This document shows, in pieces, positions 28,230-37,406 of a stretch of DNA of 64,000 bases. Location of the stretch: positions 1-64,000 of IMG/VR virus record IMGVR_UViG_3300017721_001026. One strand, written 5' to 3'. The notes beneath the pieces were generated by a model. The model was given only the letters and a program-made list of their open reading frames with translations, did no database searches and was not told the origin of the DNA. The translations under genes and the position numbers were made by a program. Each line of letters begins with the position of its first letter. Position 1 is the first letter of the stretch. Source of the stretch: a virus. Lineage: Duplodnaviria > Caudoviricetes.

Positions 28230-31200
28230 TTAACCTCCGAGTGCTAGAATAAATGGTGTGACGCTGTTGAACAATGATTTAATATAGACACGACCTGAGA
28301 TCGTTCCAGTTGCCTGGTCAATTTGAATACCATCACCAATTCGGAAGTTACCTGCCTGGTCAGTACTTGTATAAACTACAAGACCACCGTCCTCTTGAAC
28401 AACTTCATTGTCCTGAATGATGATACCTCCAACTGAAGGTCTTGCGGTAAGGATCGTGTTTCCTGCACCGACATATTCAAATGAGTGTGAAGATGTAATC
28501 TGCAAACTCTGACGAGTTATATAGGCAATTTCACCACCCGTTAAATTATTATTTAGTCCTTGGTTCATGGTGACAGTTGCAATTCCACTACTAGGAAGTG
28601 TCGAAGATGCAACCTTGAAGTAAAGTGGTTGCATTCTTTGGACTTCAACTGTTGCCTGAACACCACTAGTAGGTGGTGTAATTGTGATTGTTGGGAATGA
28701 ATTTTCTTGATACTGAGTACCAGAGTTAGCAACCAAGAAATCAACAACTTGTCCATCTTCAATAATGGGAATACCTTGTGCGGTAATACCATCTGGACCC
28801 GTTGGATCAGAGAATACAACACCTGGGACAGCACCCTCATAACCAGAACCAGGATTAGTAATTTTTACTTTCTCTACAGAGAAGTAGAGTTCGTCAAAGA
28901 ATAGTGTCTGACCATCATAAGGTCTTTGTGTACCAACACCCGATAGAACAACTCTTCTATCACCGATATCATATCGACCTTGAGCATCTGATCTTCCAGG
29001 ATCACCTGCCTTAACAACCTCAGCAGTCTGTCTATAGTTAGAACTGGAGTTTTCATCACCAACACCTTTAGAAACTAGACCAAACTCACCGAAAGAAGAG
29101 TTGGAGTTTGTAAGGTCACACTGACCACCTGTAAGGGTTACGATTGCTTCGTTACAGCAGATAGTAAAGATAGACACCAACTGAGCATATGCACCGTTTG
29201 TGATGGATACTCCGATACCACCTTGATTATATTGAGTATATGAGTCAACACTCATTGATCCCTGTACACCTAGTTCGTCTTTATCACCTGGATCAGCATC
29301 GAAACCATCGATTCTCATACCGATGCTATTTTCAATAAAGTTAGTACAGTTTCTAATGTAAGGACCTTTTAGAACTGGACCATCAGTACCTGGAGAGAAT
29401 GTTGGGTCATTTATAAAGTCGGATCCAGCACCACCATTGCCTGGGAATCTGGTAGAAATACCAGAACCACCATAGTTCACTGCAGATGTTGCTGCAGAAA
29501 CAAACGTATGTACATATCCTGCACCGAAAGCAGCAATTGATCCAGCATTAATTGTGAATGTGCTTGATGTTGTCTGAGAGATACCTACAAACTTATCAAA
29601 AATTGGACTGGTTTTATCTGGATATCCAATTGTAGTGATGTTGCCATCAGAGTTACAAGTGAAATTAATTGAGTTGGGAGAAAGTTTTACTTTATCTGAA
29701 GTTGTTAGTGGATGACCTGCTACAGTAACTGTTAATGCACCACCAACTGGATCGTAAGTAGCATCAGTTGGAGTTAGATAAAGAGGTTCTTGAAGTGCTC
29801 TAAAACCATCTTCGATGATTGCAGTAGCAACACCAACTGCGGTATTGACTGCGGAAATAACATTCTTACAGTTACCAACAGTATTGTTATTGCCAGTATC
29901 AGAATCAATTTGAATACTTACATCTCTAATTTGACCAATATCTGGTCTGAAGGTTCTTGTCTTCTGAATTGTTCCACCACTTGCATAACTATGAGCAAAA
30001 GTTGATAAACCAACGTTGATTGCTACTTTAGTATCAGAGATATAATCTTTGACTTCAAAACAATCACCAAATGTTCCATCTGGGAAGATTGATGTAGTAA
30101 CACCAATTCGTAGTTCACCACCAGAATTGTAAGTATGTTCAATCGTGGAAATACCTACATTTGTGAAGATGATTGTTCCTCCAGTGCCGACATATGCATC
30201 AAAGATAGCATCACCACCACCTTGTACACCATCTGGATAAATTGATGTGGTTATACCTGCTTGTACAGTACCACCACTAACGTAAGTTGTTGCGATTGTA
30301 GATACACCTACATTAACTGAAAGTGTAGAGGTTCCATTTGAAGCAGTGACTAAGAATACATCTGGACCATAACCTTGAACGAAGTTACTTGTTCCATCTG
30401 GGAAGACAGTTGTTGTAATACCTGCTTGTGCAGTACCACCACTAACGTAGGTATGTGCAATAGTGGAAGGTCCAACATTAACGGCAAACTCAGTCGTTGA
30501 ATTTACTGTGGCAACTCTGAATACATCTGGACCATACCCTGGAATGAAGTTACTTGTTCCATCTGGAAAGATTGTCGTAGTAATACCAGAACCACCAGGA
30601 CAACTAAATTCAAGATTCTTAAGTTGAACGGTTTCACCAGTATGAATACCAGAAACACCTGAAGTAGTAACTGTTAGACTGCCACTATTTTCATCATACA
30701 CTGCTGATGATACGTTAACAACTGGTCCCAGTCCAGAACTAGCACAACTCCATGTCAATCCTTTAATTTGTACAGTTTTTCCTACATGTGCTCCATGTGC
30801 TGCACCAGTTGTTAAGTCAAGAACACCTGTACCTTCATTGTATGATGCTCCTGAAACACTGACAGATGGACCAGTACCAGAATCACCGCAGTCCATCTTG
30901 ATACCACGAAGTTCAAATTCATCACCAGAACTTAATCCATGATCTGAACCCACAAATATAGTACTGAAACCCGATTGTCTATCATACTGGAAATCTGTGA
31001 TAGAAATTACATTATTATGAGCAGCACAACTGAATCCAAGACCAGCAAGTTTAACAGTATCCTTATCAGTTAAACCATGACCAACATTAGTTGTTACTGT
31101 AATAATACCTGCAGATGCAGAATAATCTCCTGCGGTAATGTTAAATGCAGTTCCAATAGTATAAGAACCATCTCTTACGTTATTAACAATTCTTCTTACT

Positions 31201-32978
31201 ACATCTTTTGAATATTCTAGTGCAATAACAGATTGCTCATATTCATCGGGATCAACTAAAAGAGCAGTAAGTCTATTGCCATTTGCATCATAATAAGACT
31301 TACCAGCACCAACAACTTTTGTATTACCACCACGGGTGATGTCATAGCAAACAGCTTTCCAAATTTTTGCAACATCACGACGACACTTATCTTGCTCTAG
31401 TCTCATGCCAGTGGTAATTCCTGGAAGACTATCAGTATTACCTGCACCAATCGCACTGGTTACAATTCCTACCAGTTCGGTAATGTCATTGTTGACATTG
31501 AGACAAATACCATTACCTACAACGTTTTCACCACGAAGAGTTGTTCCTGCAGCTGCTCCAGTATCAAACTGTTGTTCAAAAGTGCTGTATTGGGTGACGG
31601 TTGTTGCTGTTCCAGAACTTGCTGTATAGAATGTTTCAATAGTAGAAATACCAGCATTAATAACAAATTGATTGGTATTAAATAAACCATCCGAGTCAAT
31701 CTTGAAGTTGAAACCAGAAGGAGCACTTCCATCTGGAAAAATAGTTGTTGTTACACCAGAGTGCTCAGTTGCACAAGTAAATGCGAGTCCAGAGAAAGTA
31801 ACATGATCTGTTGTACTTAATCCATGACCAATTAGTGTTGTAACTGTAGCAATACCCGTATTTGGAGTATAATTAAATGCCGTAACAGTTACTCCACTAC
31901 CAACATTTTCAAATCCATATGGTTTATTATTGATAGCAAATGTTGCAATACCAGCAGCACGATCCATTGCTGCAATGGTTGCTTCAGAAATACCAACACC
32001 TAGAATATGTGAAAGTGCTCCACCAACAAAATATGACTGTGCAGCACCTACGGTTTTAATATTTGCTTGAGTTCCATCTCTATAACCTGCTCTTAAATCA
32101 TGTGCTACTACTTCTAAAATATCATGAACATCATCCTGACAGTTTCTGGCAGTGCTGAATGACATCGTAAATGCACCACCAGCATAATTAACACTAGTGA
32201 TAAATCCTACTGCTTCTGCTGCAATATATTCAGCATTAAGATCAATAAGTCTCGCAGCATCCTGTGCTCTATGAGATCCAGCAACACCACTAAATCCACT
32301 AGTCAGGAAACCAACTGCCTCACCTGCAATATAATCCGCATTCTGACGGATCATTCTTGAACCATCAAAATATCTATCTGATGCTACACCTTCTAAAGGA
32401 ACGAAAGCAATAACTGCCTTGTCACTTTGCATTGGTTCACCAAGGAATCCAGGATCAGAACCACCATCCTGAACGCCTTTAGAACCACCACCAATATCAG
32501 CACCTTTACCAATAAATGCTAAATCAGTTAAGTGACATGCATTATTGATATGGAATAAATCTTTATTTGAGTTATTTGGAGCAATATAACAGTTTCTTAA
32601 TTCAAAACCTTCTACAGATACATTATCCCTAAGAACAATAGGATTATTTTCGGTATAAAGACCAGCAGAAACTTTAATAGTATCACCTGGTTGAGCAACT
32701 TCAGATGCTCTCTTTACACTTGCAAAAGCATCTTGTTGTGTTAAACCACTATTTAAATCATTACCTTCTACAGTAACAAAAAACGTATTACCAATACTTC
32801 TACCAGCACCAACCGTAACCACTCGGGTTGCGATTCCTACACCTTCAGTATCTTGACGAACAAATACAGTACCATCAAAATGGTTGATAGCTAACTCACC
32901 ATAAGTCAACTGTTCTAGATTAGGGACAGATCCTGGGGTTAAGGATCTCTTTAACCTAATTTTTGGACTTGTATTCAT
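28230..32978 (-). CDS. Large fibre/spike-like structural protein: beta-helix (pectin-lyase-like) scaffold with nested inserted domains
   Basis: N-terminal I.LKRS..PG.VP....L..GELAIN..DG; FV...G.D.NSG....AFAS...A...GDTI.V.AG.Y.E; C-terminal PYIRNCT/SYTQYNQGG.G and STDQ.GNFRIG; ATAAATA box at 33018-33024. Confidence 0.8.
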   Translation of the reverse strand: MNTSPKIRLKRSLTPGSVPNLEQLTYGELAINHFDGTVFVRQDTEGVGIATRVVTVGAGRSIGNTFFVTVEGNDLNSGLTQQDAFASVKRASEVAQPGDTIKVSAGLYTENNPIVLRDNVSVEGFELRNCYIAPNNSNKDLFHINNACHLTDLAFIGKGADIGGGSKGVQDGGSDPGFLGEPMQSDKAVIAFVPLEGVASDRYFDGSRMIRQNADYIAGEAVGFLTSGFSGVAGSHRAQDAARLIDLNAEYIAAEAVGFITSVNYAGGAFTMSFSTARNCQDDVHDILEVVAHDLRAGYRDGTQANIKTVGAAQSYFVGGALSHILGVGISEATIAAMDRAAGIATFAINNKPYGFENVGSGVTVTAFNYTPNTGIATVTTLIGHGLSTTDHVTFSGLAFTCATEHSGVTTTIFPDGSAPSGFNFKIDSDGLFNTNQFVINAGISTIETFYTASSGTATTVTQYSTFEQQFDTGAAAGTTLRGENVVGNGICLNVNNDITELVGIVTSAIGAGNTDSLPGITTGMRLEQDKCRRDVAKIWKAVCYDITRGGNTKVVGAGKSYYDANGNRLTALLVDPDEYEQSVIALEYSKDVVRRIVNNVRDGSYTIGTAFNITAGDYSASAGIITVTTNVGHGLTDKDTVKLAGLGFSCAAHNNVISITDFQYDRQSGFSTIFVGSDHGLSSGDEFELRGIKMDCGDSGTGPSVSVSGASYNEGTGVLDLTTGAAHGAHVGKTVQIKGLTWSCASSGLGPVVNVSSAVYDENSGSLTVTTSGVSGIHTGETVQLKNLEFSCPGGSGITTTIFPDGTSNFIPGYGPDVFRVATVNSTTEFAVNVGPSTIAHTYVSGGTAQAGITTTVFPDGTSNFVQGYGPDVFLVTASNGTSTLSVNVGVSTIATTYVSGGTVQAGITTSIYPDGVQGGGDAIFDAYVGTGGTIIFTNVGISTIEHTYNSGGELRIGVTTSIFPDGTFGDCFEVKDYISDTKVAINVGLSTFAHSYASGGTIQKTRTFRPDIGQIRDVSIQIDSDTGNNNTVGNCKNVISAVNTAVGVATAIIEDGFRALQEPLYLTPTDATYDPVGGALTVTVAGHPLTTSDKVKLSPNSINFTCNSDGNITTIGYPDKTSPIFDKFVGISQTTSSTFTINAGSIAAFGAGYVHTFVSAATSAVNYGGSGISTRFPGNGGAGSDFINDPTFSPGTDGPVLKGPYIRNCTNFIENSIGMRIDGFDADPGDKDELGVQGSMSVDSYTQYNQGGIGVSITNGAYAQLVSIFTICCNEAIVTLTGGQCDLTNSNSSFGEFGLVSKGVGDENSSSNYRQTAEVVKAGDPGRSDAQGRYDIGDRRVVLSGVGTQRPYDGQTLFFDELYFSVEKVKITNPGSGYEGAVPGVVFSDPTGPDGITAQGIPIIEDGQVVDFLVANSGTQYQENSFPTITITPPTSGVQATVEVQRMQPLYFKVASSTLPSSGIATVTMNQGLNNNLTGGEIAYITRQSLQITSSHSFEYVGAGNTILTARPSVGGIIIQDNEVVQEDGGLVVYTSTDQAGNFRIGDGIQIDQATGTISGRVYIKSLFNSVTPFILALGG

Positions 32979-33016
32979 CTCAACTCCGTGTAAAGTTACT
33001 TAAAAGCTTCTTTTGT

Positions 33017-33469
33017 CTATTTATTCAAGGTTTCATTTTGTATATTATCAAATGCATTTTTATTTAAAAGTTTTGATAATTCTGCAGTTGATCCCACAAA
33101 TAATGCATTATTGACAGTTGTTGGAGACTGTTTTTTATTGTCTTGATCCAACTCATGCATTTTTTTCTGAAGATCTAATAATTTATCAGTAGCATCAGAA
33201 ACATTTTTGATCAAATGACCAACAACTTCATATGCTCTTGGTGTCTCTGTTTCTTGTGCTAACTCAAGTATTCCGTTTATTGCTTCTTGACCCTTTTCAA
33301 TGATGGAATATAAATTACCTCTAGTATATTCATAATCATTTGTTACATCATCTTTTTTTAGAGGTTTTTCTTTTTTGGGTTCTTCAACAATTTCCGAAGA
33401 TGCTTCTACTTCTACAATAGGTGCTTCTTCAATATTAAATGTTTCATTTAGATCTTCAAATTTTGCCAT
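33017..33469 (-). CDS. g16: Terminase small subunit (T4 gp16)
   Basis: DYEY.R.NL...IEKG..A......A....PRAYEV; NNALFVGST.EL. Confidence 0.93.
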   Translation of the reverse strand: MAKFEDLNETFNIEEAPIVEVEASSEIVEEPKKEKPLKKDDVTNDYEYTRGNLYSIIEKGQEAINGILELAQETETPRAYEVVGHLIKNVSDATDKLLDLQKKMHELDQDNKKQSPTTVNNALFVGSTAELSKLLNKNAFDNIQNETLNK

Positions 33470-34482
33470 CAGATAAACTCTCCATCAAATCCAAAGTTGT
33501 CACCAACTTCTACTAACGCACTATCTGCAGCATCAACAGTATTTACATTAGTTCCAGATACGTGAGATACTGCAGTTGTATTGTTTTGTGCTCTTCTAAC
33601 AAGGAGTTTGTTTTCACTATCAGATTTCTGCTTAACATACATAACCTCTTTATTGATCTGAATCAAATTACCTTCTTCAATAGCACTGATGGAAAGAAGT
33701 GAGATAGTCTCATCAGTTTTATCAATATCAGATACTGTGGTTGTTAATACACCTGCATCAAGATCCTTGACTGCTTCTGGGACAACAGAATATGTGACAT
33801 CTCTGTTGCTCTTGTCACCATCTACAGTAGATGCATAGTGAGAAACTTGTGCCTTTTTGATAATCTTGGCAGATAGATTTTTCGCAACAGGACCAAATAG
33901 GTATGTCTTAGCAGTAAATCTTAATGTGTATATAAGTGCTCTTCTAGTTTCAAAATTTCCTTCGTATTGATCATCCATAGAGATTCCTTCCAAAATAATT
34001 GGAATATCTCTTTTCTCATTCATCTCTTCAACTAATTCTACTGTTAGATTATATTGTGGTTGAAAATATGGGAGTATTTGCTCTACGATTTGAAGCATGT
34101 CATCATTCAACTTTGTATAGATGTTAAGTTCAAATGACATATTGTATGGGACAGGCATAAATGCCTTTTTAATTGATCCGTCTCCAGAAGGAGATGGGAC
34201 AAGAATTTTTTGAGTTGTGGTTACTTTTCTAGAAGAATCATATGTAAGTCCAGTAAACTCAAAAGACATTCTTGGCAATGTAATTTGAGTTGTTTTACTG
34301 AGATCTTCCGATTGCTCTAATCTTGCTAAAAACTTTTGTTGGGGTGCGTATGCAAGAGGGACCTTTACACTGTTAGTAACATTATCGTTAGAATCAGTTG
34401 TCTTAACAGTAACATCGTTAAAGAGCGTACCAAATCCAATAACAATTTTTCTCAGAATTTCGTGGTAAAAATATTCAAACAT
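33469..34482 (-). CDS. g15: Tail sheath stabilizer/completion protein (T4 gp15) with C-terminal extra domain
   Basis: YFYHE.LRK....FGTLFN, VPLAYAP..KFL, LPRMSFE, QIVEQILPYFQP. Confidence 0.95.
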   Translation of the reverse strand: MFEYFYHEILRKIVIGFGTLFNDVTVKTTDSNDNVTNSVKVPLAYAPQQKFLARLEQSEDLSKTTQITLPRMSFEFTGLTYDSSRKVTTTQKILVPSPSGDGSIKKAFMPVPYNMSFELNIYTKLNDDMLQIVEQILPYFQPQYNLTVELVEEMNEKRDIPIILEGISMDDQYEGNFETRRALIYTLRFTAKTYLFGPVAKNLSAKIIKKAQVSHYASTVDGDKSNRDVTYSVVPEAVKDLDAGVLTTTVSDIDKTDETISLLSISAIEEGNLIQINKEVMYVKQKSDSENKLLVRRAQNNTTAVSHVSGTNVNTVDAADSALVEVGDNFGFDGEFI

Positions 34483-34494
34483 GATAGAACTCTA

Positions 34495-35949
34495 TTAAAC
34501 TCTTCCAAATGGGTTTCTTTCTGTGAAGTCTAGAAGATCATCACCCTCAGATTGAATTTCGACGTTTTCGTCATAACTACTTGATGGGGTGGTTTCTTCA
34601 ACAGTAGATGACTCCTCAGGAATATCATACGTGTTGTCTTCAACCAGTGGATTATCACTAATAGTATTTAGTATAACAATTTTATGTTGTGCTCCAGAAG
34701 TTCCACCAGTAATAACCTCACCATTAATGAAATCACCACTTAGGTTTGATAGACGTAATTTTTTAGTTCCAACATTCCAAGATTTAACTCTTCCTGTTAC
34801 TCCAGAAGTTCCCGTTACTATTTCGTTATATTCAAAGTTTCCACTTCCAATTTGGTTTGGATTTTCAAACGTAATTGATGGTGCAACGGTATATCCAGAT
34901 CCTACATTAGTAATTCTAACTGCACTAATAGTATTATCTGTAGAAATAATTGCTCTACCAGTTGCTGTTGTAAAACCTGTTGGTGGTGATGAGAAAGTTA
35001 TAGTCGGTTCATTAATAAAATTAGATCCTACAGAAGTAACTGTAACAACACCGATTGCACCAGAAGTAATAATTCCAACTGTTGCAGCTGCACCAACTCC
35101 AGTATTATTTCCAGTTATTGTAACCATTGGTGGTTGAGTATATCCAGCACCAGGATTTGATAATTCTATCCCTTGAATGGTTAAGAACCTAGTACCACCA
35201 GAACCATAGGTAGTCCTTCCAGTAACGATTCCAGAGGCATCTACGGCACCTGTAGAGGCATTAGATGTAGATACTCCTAATACTACTGGTGCGTCATATC
35301 CATATCCAAAATCTGATATGTAGAATTTATTCAGAGCACCATTGACCAATCCAGTGAATGCTGCAGCAGTTTCTCCAACACCAGCAGTAGTGAATGTTTG
35401 AATATATCCTTGATCTGTAAAGTTATCATCAATAGCATCTACACCAGTATCAACAACCTCAGTAGAATATCTGAATAGTTCACATCTCAATTCATAGACA
35501 TAAGTTTTTTGGAGTTGATAAAAAGGTTGTTCGTGCTCAACAAATTTAATTTCAAATAATCTATCTCCAAAAGGAAAATAAATCAGATCACCTTCTTTTG
35601 GTCTCGTTGCCAATTCAATATTAGGTAAGTCTCTGATAAGAGGTGTAATATAATTTTCATATCTTTCTTTAGATATTATAAGAGTTAGATCATCAAGATC
35701 TGTAATTCCAAATTTTGATAGTAGTGTTCCCTGCCCATCATACCCATCATAATTATTGACATATGCTTCGATTGGATATGCACTAGTAAATTCTGATTGA
35801 ATTACTTCTTCAATTACCGTATTTTTAGTTAAATATTGTCTTGGAATATAATATACTTCTACACCATACATCCTCAACTGCTCGTTGATTAGGTCTTGAA
35901 CCAAATTCTGTTCACCACGTGAACCTTGTTGAAAATAGGGATTTAGCAT
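34495..35949 (-). CDS. g14: Neck protein (T4 gp14) with inserted repeats
   Basis: EQNL.QDLI.E.....G....YIPR, RPKEGDLIYFP...LFEI.FVE...PFYQL, DF.E.NPFG. Confidence 0.95.
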   Translation of the reverse strand: MLNPYFQQGSRGEQNLVQDLINEQLRMYGVEVYYIPRQYLTKNTVIEEVIQSEFTSAYPIEAYVNNYDGYDGQGTLLSKFGITDLDDLTLIISKERYENYITPLIRDLPNIELATRPKEGDLIYFPFGDRLFEIKFVEHEQPFYQLQKTYVYELRCELFRYSTEVVDTGVDAIDDNFTDQGYIQTFTTAGVGETAAAFTGLVNGALNKFYISDFGYGYDAPVVLGVSTSNASTGAVDASGIVTGRTTYGSGGTRFLTIQGIELSNPGAGYTQPPMVTITGNNTGVGAAATVGIITSGAIGVVTVTSVGSNFINEPTITFSSPPTGFTTATGRAIISTDNTISAVRITNVGSGYTVAPSITFENPNQIGSGNFEYNEIVTGTSGVTGRVKSWNVGTKKLRLSNLSGDFINGEVITGGTSGAQHKIVILNTISDNPLVEDNTYDIPEESSTVEETTPSSSYDENVEIQSEGDDLLDFTERNPFGRV

Positions 35950-35953
35950 GGTA

Positions 35954-36796
35954 TCAACCGATCATGTCTAGGGGTGGAAGTTCATAAGTAGATGACATCT
36001 TCTCTCTAATTCTTTCTAATTCTCTTTCAGCATCATCATACATTTGACGACCATTTAGTTCTACACCACCAGGAAGTTTTACTCCTTGGAATTTCATAAG
36101 GTTTTGACCCCATTGTCTTTTTACGAGGGCAGTTAAATAAAGTTTTAGGAAAGAATCATTCCAAACTTTATTGAATGTACTTGGATCAAGTAATCTCCAA
36201 CAATCAATAATCAAATAATCATCTTTAGCAGTAGTACCCCAATCCATATCAATGTAGAGACGATCTTGTCTTTGATTAAATCTAAAATGCTTAAGTGGAT
36301 TTAGTAGGAAGTCAATATCGGAGAGTTTTGACTGAACCATACTATATTGTAAAAGATCAATAGAATCCATGTGGTAAAAATCATTCAGGAATAACTGATA
36401 TTTGACACTAAACATCGATCCACTAGTTGCAGATGATGATTGAAGTCTAAAAATTTTATTTACTCCAGTAACTGAACTTGGAACTGGTAGATAGTTACCA
36501 TTTTCTTCATATGAAAATGATGATGTTGACCCAACTGATTCACTTACTGATTCGGTTGTAATACCTGATATTGCATTACCACCTCTAGATCTTCCTCGAT
36601 CTATATCATCTTGTGTTATTTTATACTTTAAATATGTTCTAATTACACCGTCAAAATGTCTCTCATGAAAATATTGCAAAGCATCATCGACTAGATCATC
36701 AATCTGCTCATCAGCAACATTGATTTCTAGAACAGGAGCACCTAATTGTCTCTTGACATAATTAATTAGATCTTGTCTAGATGATGGTTGTGCCAT
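35954..36796 (-). CDS. g13: Neck protein (T4 gp13)
   Basis: LGAPVLEINV..EQ..D....ALQ.F.E.HFDG, K.QWGQNL.KF.G..LPGG..LNG; CTAAATA box at 36816-36822. Confidence 0.96.
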   Translation of the reverse strand: MAQPSSRQDLINYVKRQLGAPVLEINVADEQIDDLVDDALQYFHERHFDGVIRTYLKYKITQDDIDRGRSRGGNAISGITTESVSESVGSTSSFSYEENGNYLPVPSSVTGVNKIFRLQSSSATSGSMFSVKYQLFLNDFYHMDSIDLLQYSMVQSKLSDIDFLLNPLKHFRFNQRQDRLYIDMDWGTTAKDDYLIIDCWRLLDPSTFNKVWNDSFLKLYLTALVKRQWGQNLMKFQGVKLPGGVELNGRQMYDDAERELERIREKMSSTYELPPLDMIG

Positions 36797-36818
36797 TTTA
36801 TTACAGCTTTAAAATTAT

Positions 36819-37205
36819 TTAGGGTGTAGAGGAAATACCTGGTTTTACCATAACAGATCCATCTACGATTTTATACGTTGTTGTTCCCGAACTTACGAGA
36901 ATATCATAATAATATCTTCCCTCAGTCAATGATCTAGTATCAGTTGCACCCATAGAAATTTTAAATTGTCCATTAGATGCACTTGTAAAACTAAAATCAA
37001 ATGTTCCGTGAGCATACATGGTTGAACCGATTGCCACACTTTTCGTCATTTGGGCAGAACCTGTCCAACCATCAAAGTTATATCTTCCACTACTCATATC
37101 ATAAGTAGTGAAATTTACTTTTAAATCAGAACCTGGATAAACTGAAAAGTTTACTCCATATGGTGCATTTGTATCGGGATTGAATGTTATTCTTTGATTA
37201 GACAT
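36819..37205 (-). CDS. Hypothetical virion protein (BppU-like Ig fold)
   Basis: G...S.....T..L..GRY.YDI........KIVDG.V.V.PG motif. Confidence 0.7.
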   Translation of the reverse strand: MSNQRITFNPDTNAPYGVNFSVYPGSDLKVNFTTYDMSSGRYNFDGWTGSAQMTKSVAIGSTMYAHGTFDFSFTSASNGQFKISMGATDTRSLTEGRYYYDILVSSGTTTYKIVDGSVMVKPGISSTP

Positions 37206-37405
37206 TTGAGAAGATCCTTAATTTCCTTGAGATCATCCTTGACGGATTTGACATCATCTTCCAGTTTTTCCATTCGTTTCACCTCCCTCTTTTTGTGTTT
37301 GAGGGAGTTCATATAGTTTTCATATTCTGTCATATTAGTATTGACGATTGCATTTGTTCCAGAATCACGATATAGATTTGAATGATTTTCTACTTTTAGG
37401 TACAT
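37187..37405 (-). CDS. Conserved small coiled-coil hypothetical protein (start reassigned to ATG 37405)
   Basis: KVE....L.RD..T.AIVN.....Y..Y followed by a coiled coil; ATG directly after the VrlC-like stop. Confidence 0.75.
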   Translation of the reverse strand: MYLKVENHSNLYRDSGTNAIVNTNMTEYENYMNSLKHKKREVKRMEKLEDDVKSVKDDLKEIKDLLKCLIKE

Positions 37406-37406
37406 G

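Noticed and set aside
30256-30590. Near-duplicate DNA segments as a DGR VR/TR pair or invertible cassette
   Set aside because: Direct in-frame domain duplications; differences are not adenine-specific; no RT or recombinase nearby
34589-35137. 182-aa plus-strand ORF and the many other plus-strand ORFs in the track (e.g. 2629-2946, 15657-16010, 49196-49591)
   Set aside because: Antisense shadows of well-supported minus-strand genes caused by codon bias; no motifs
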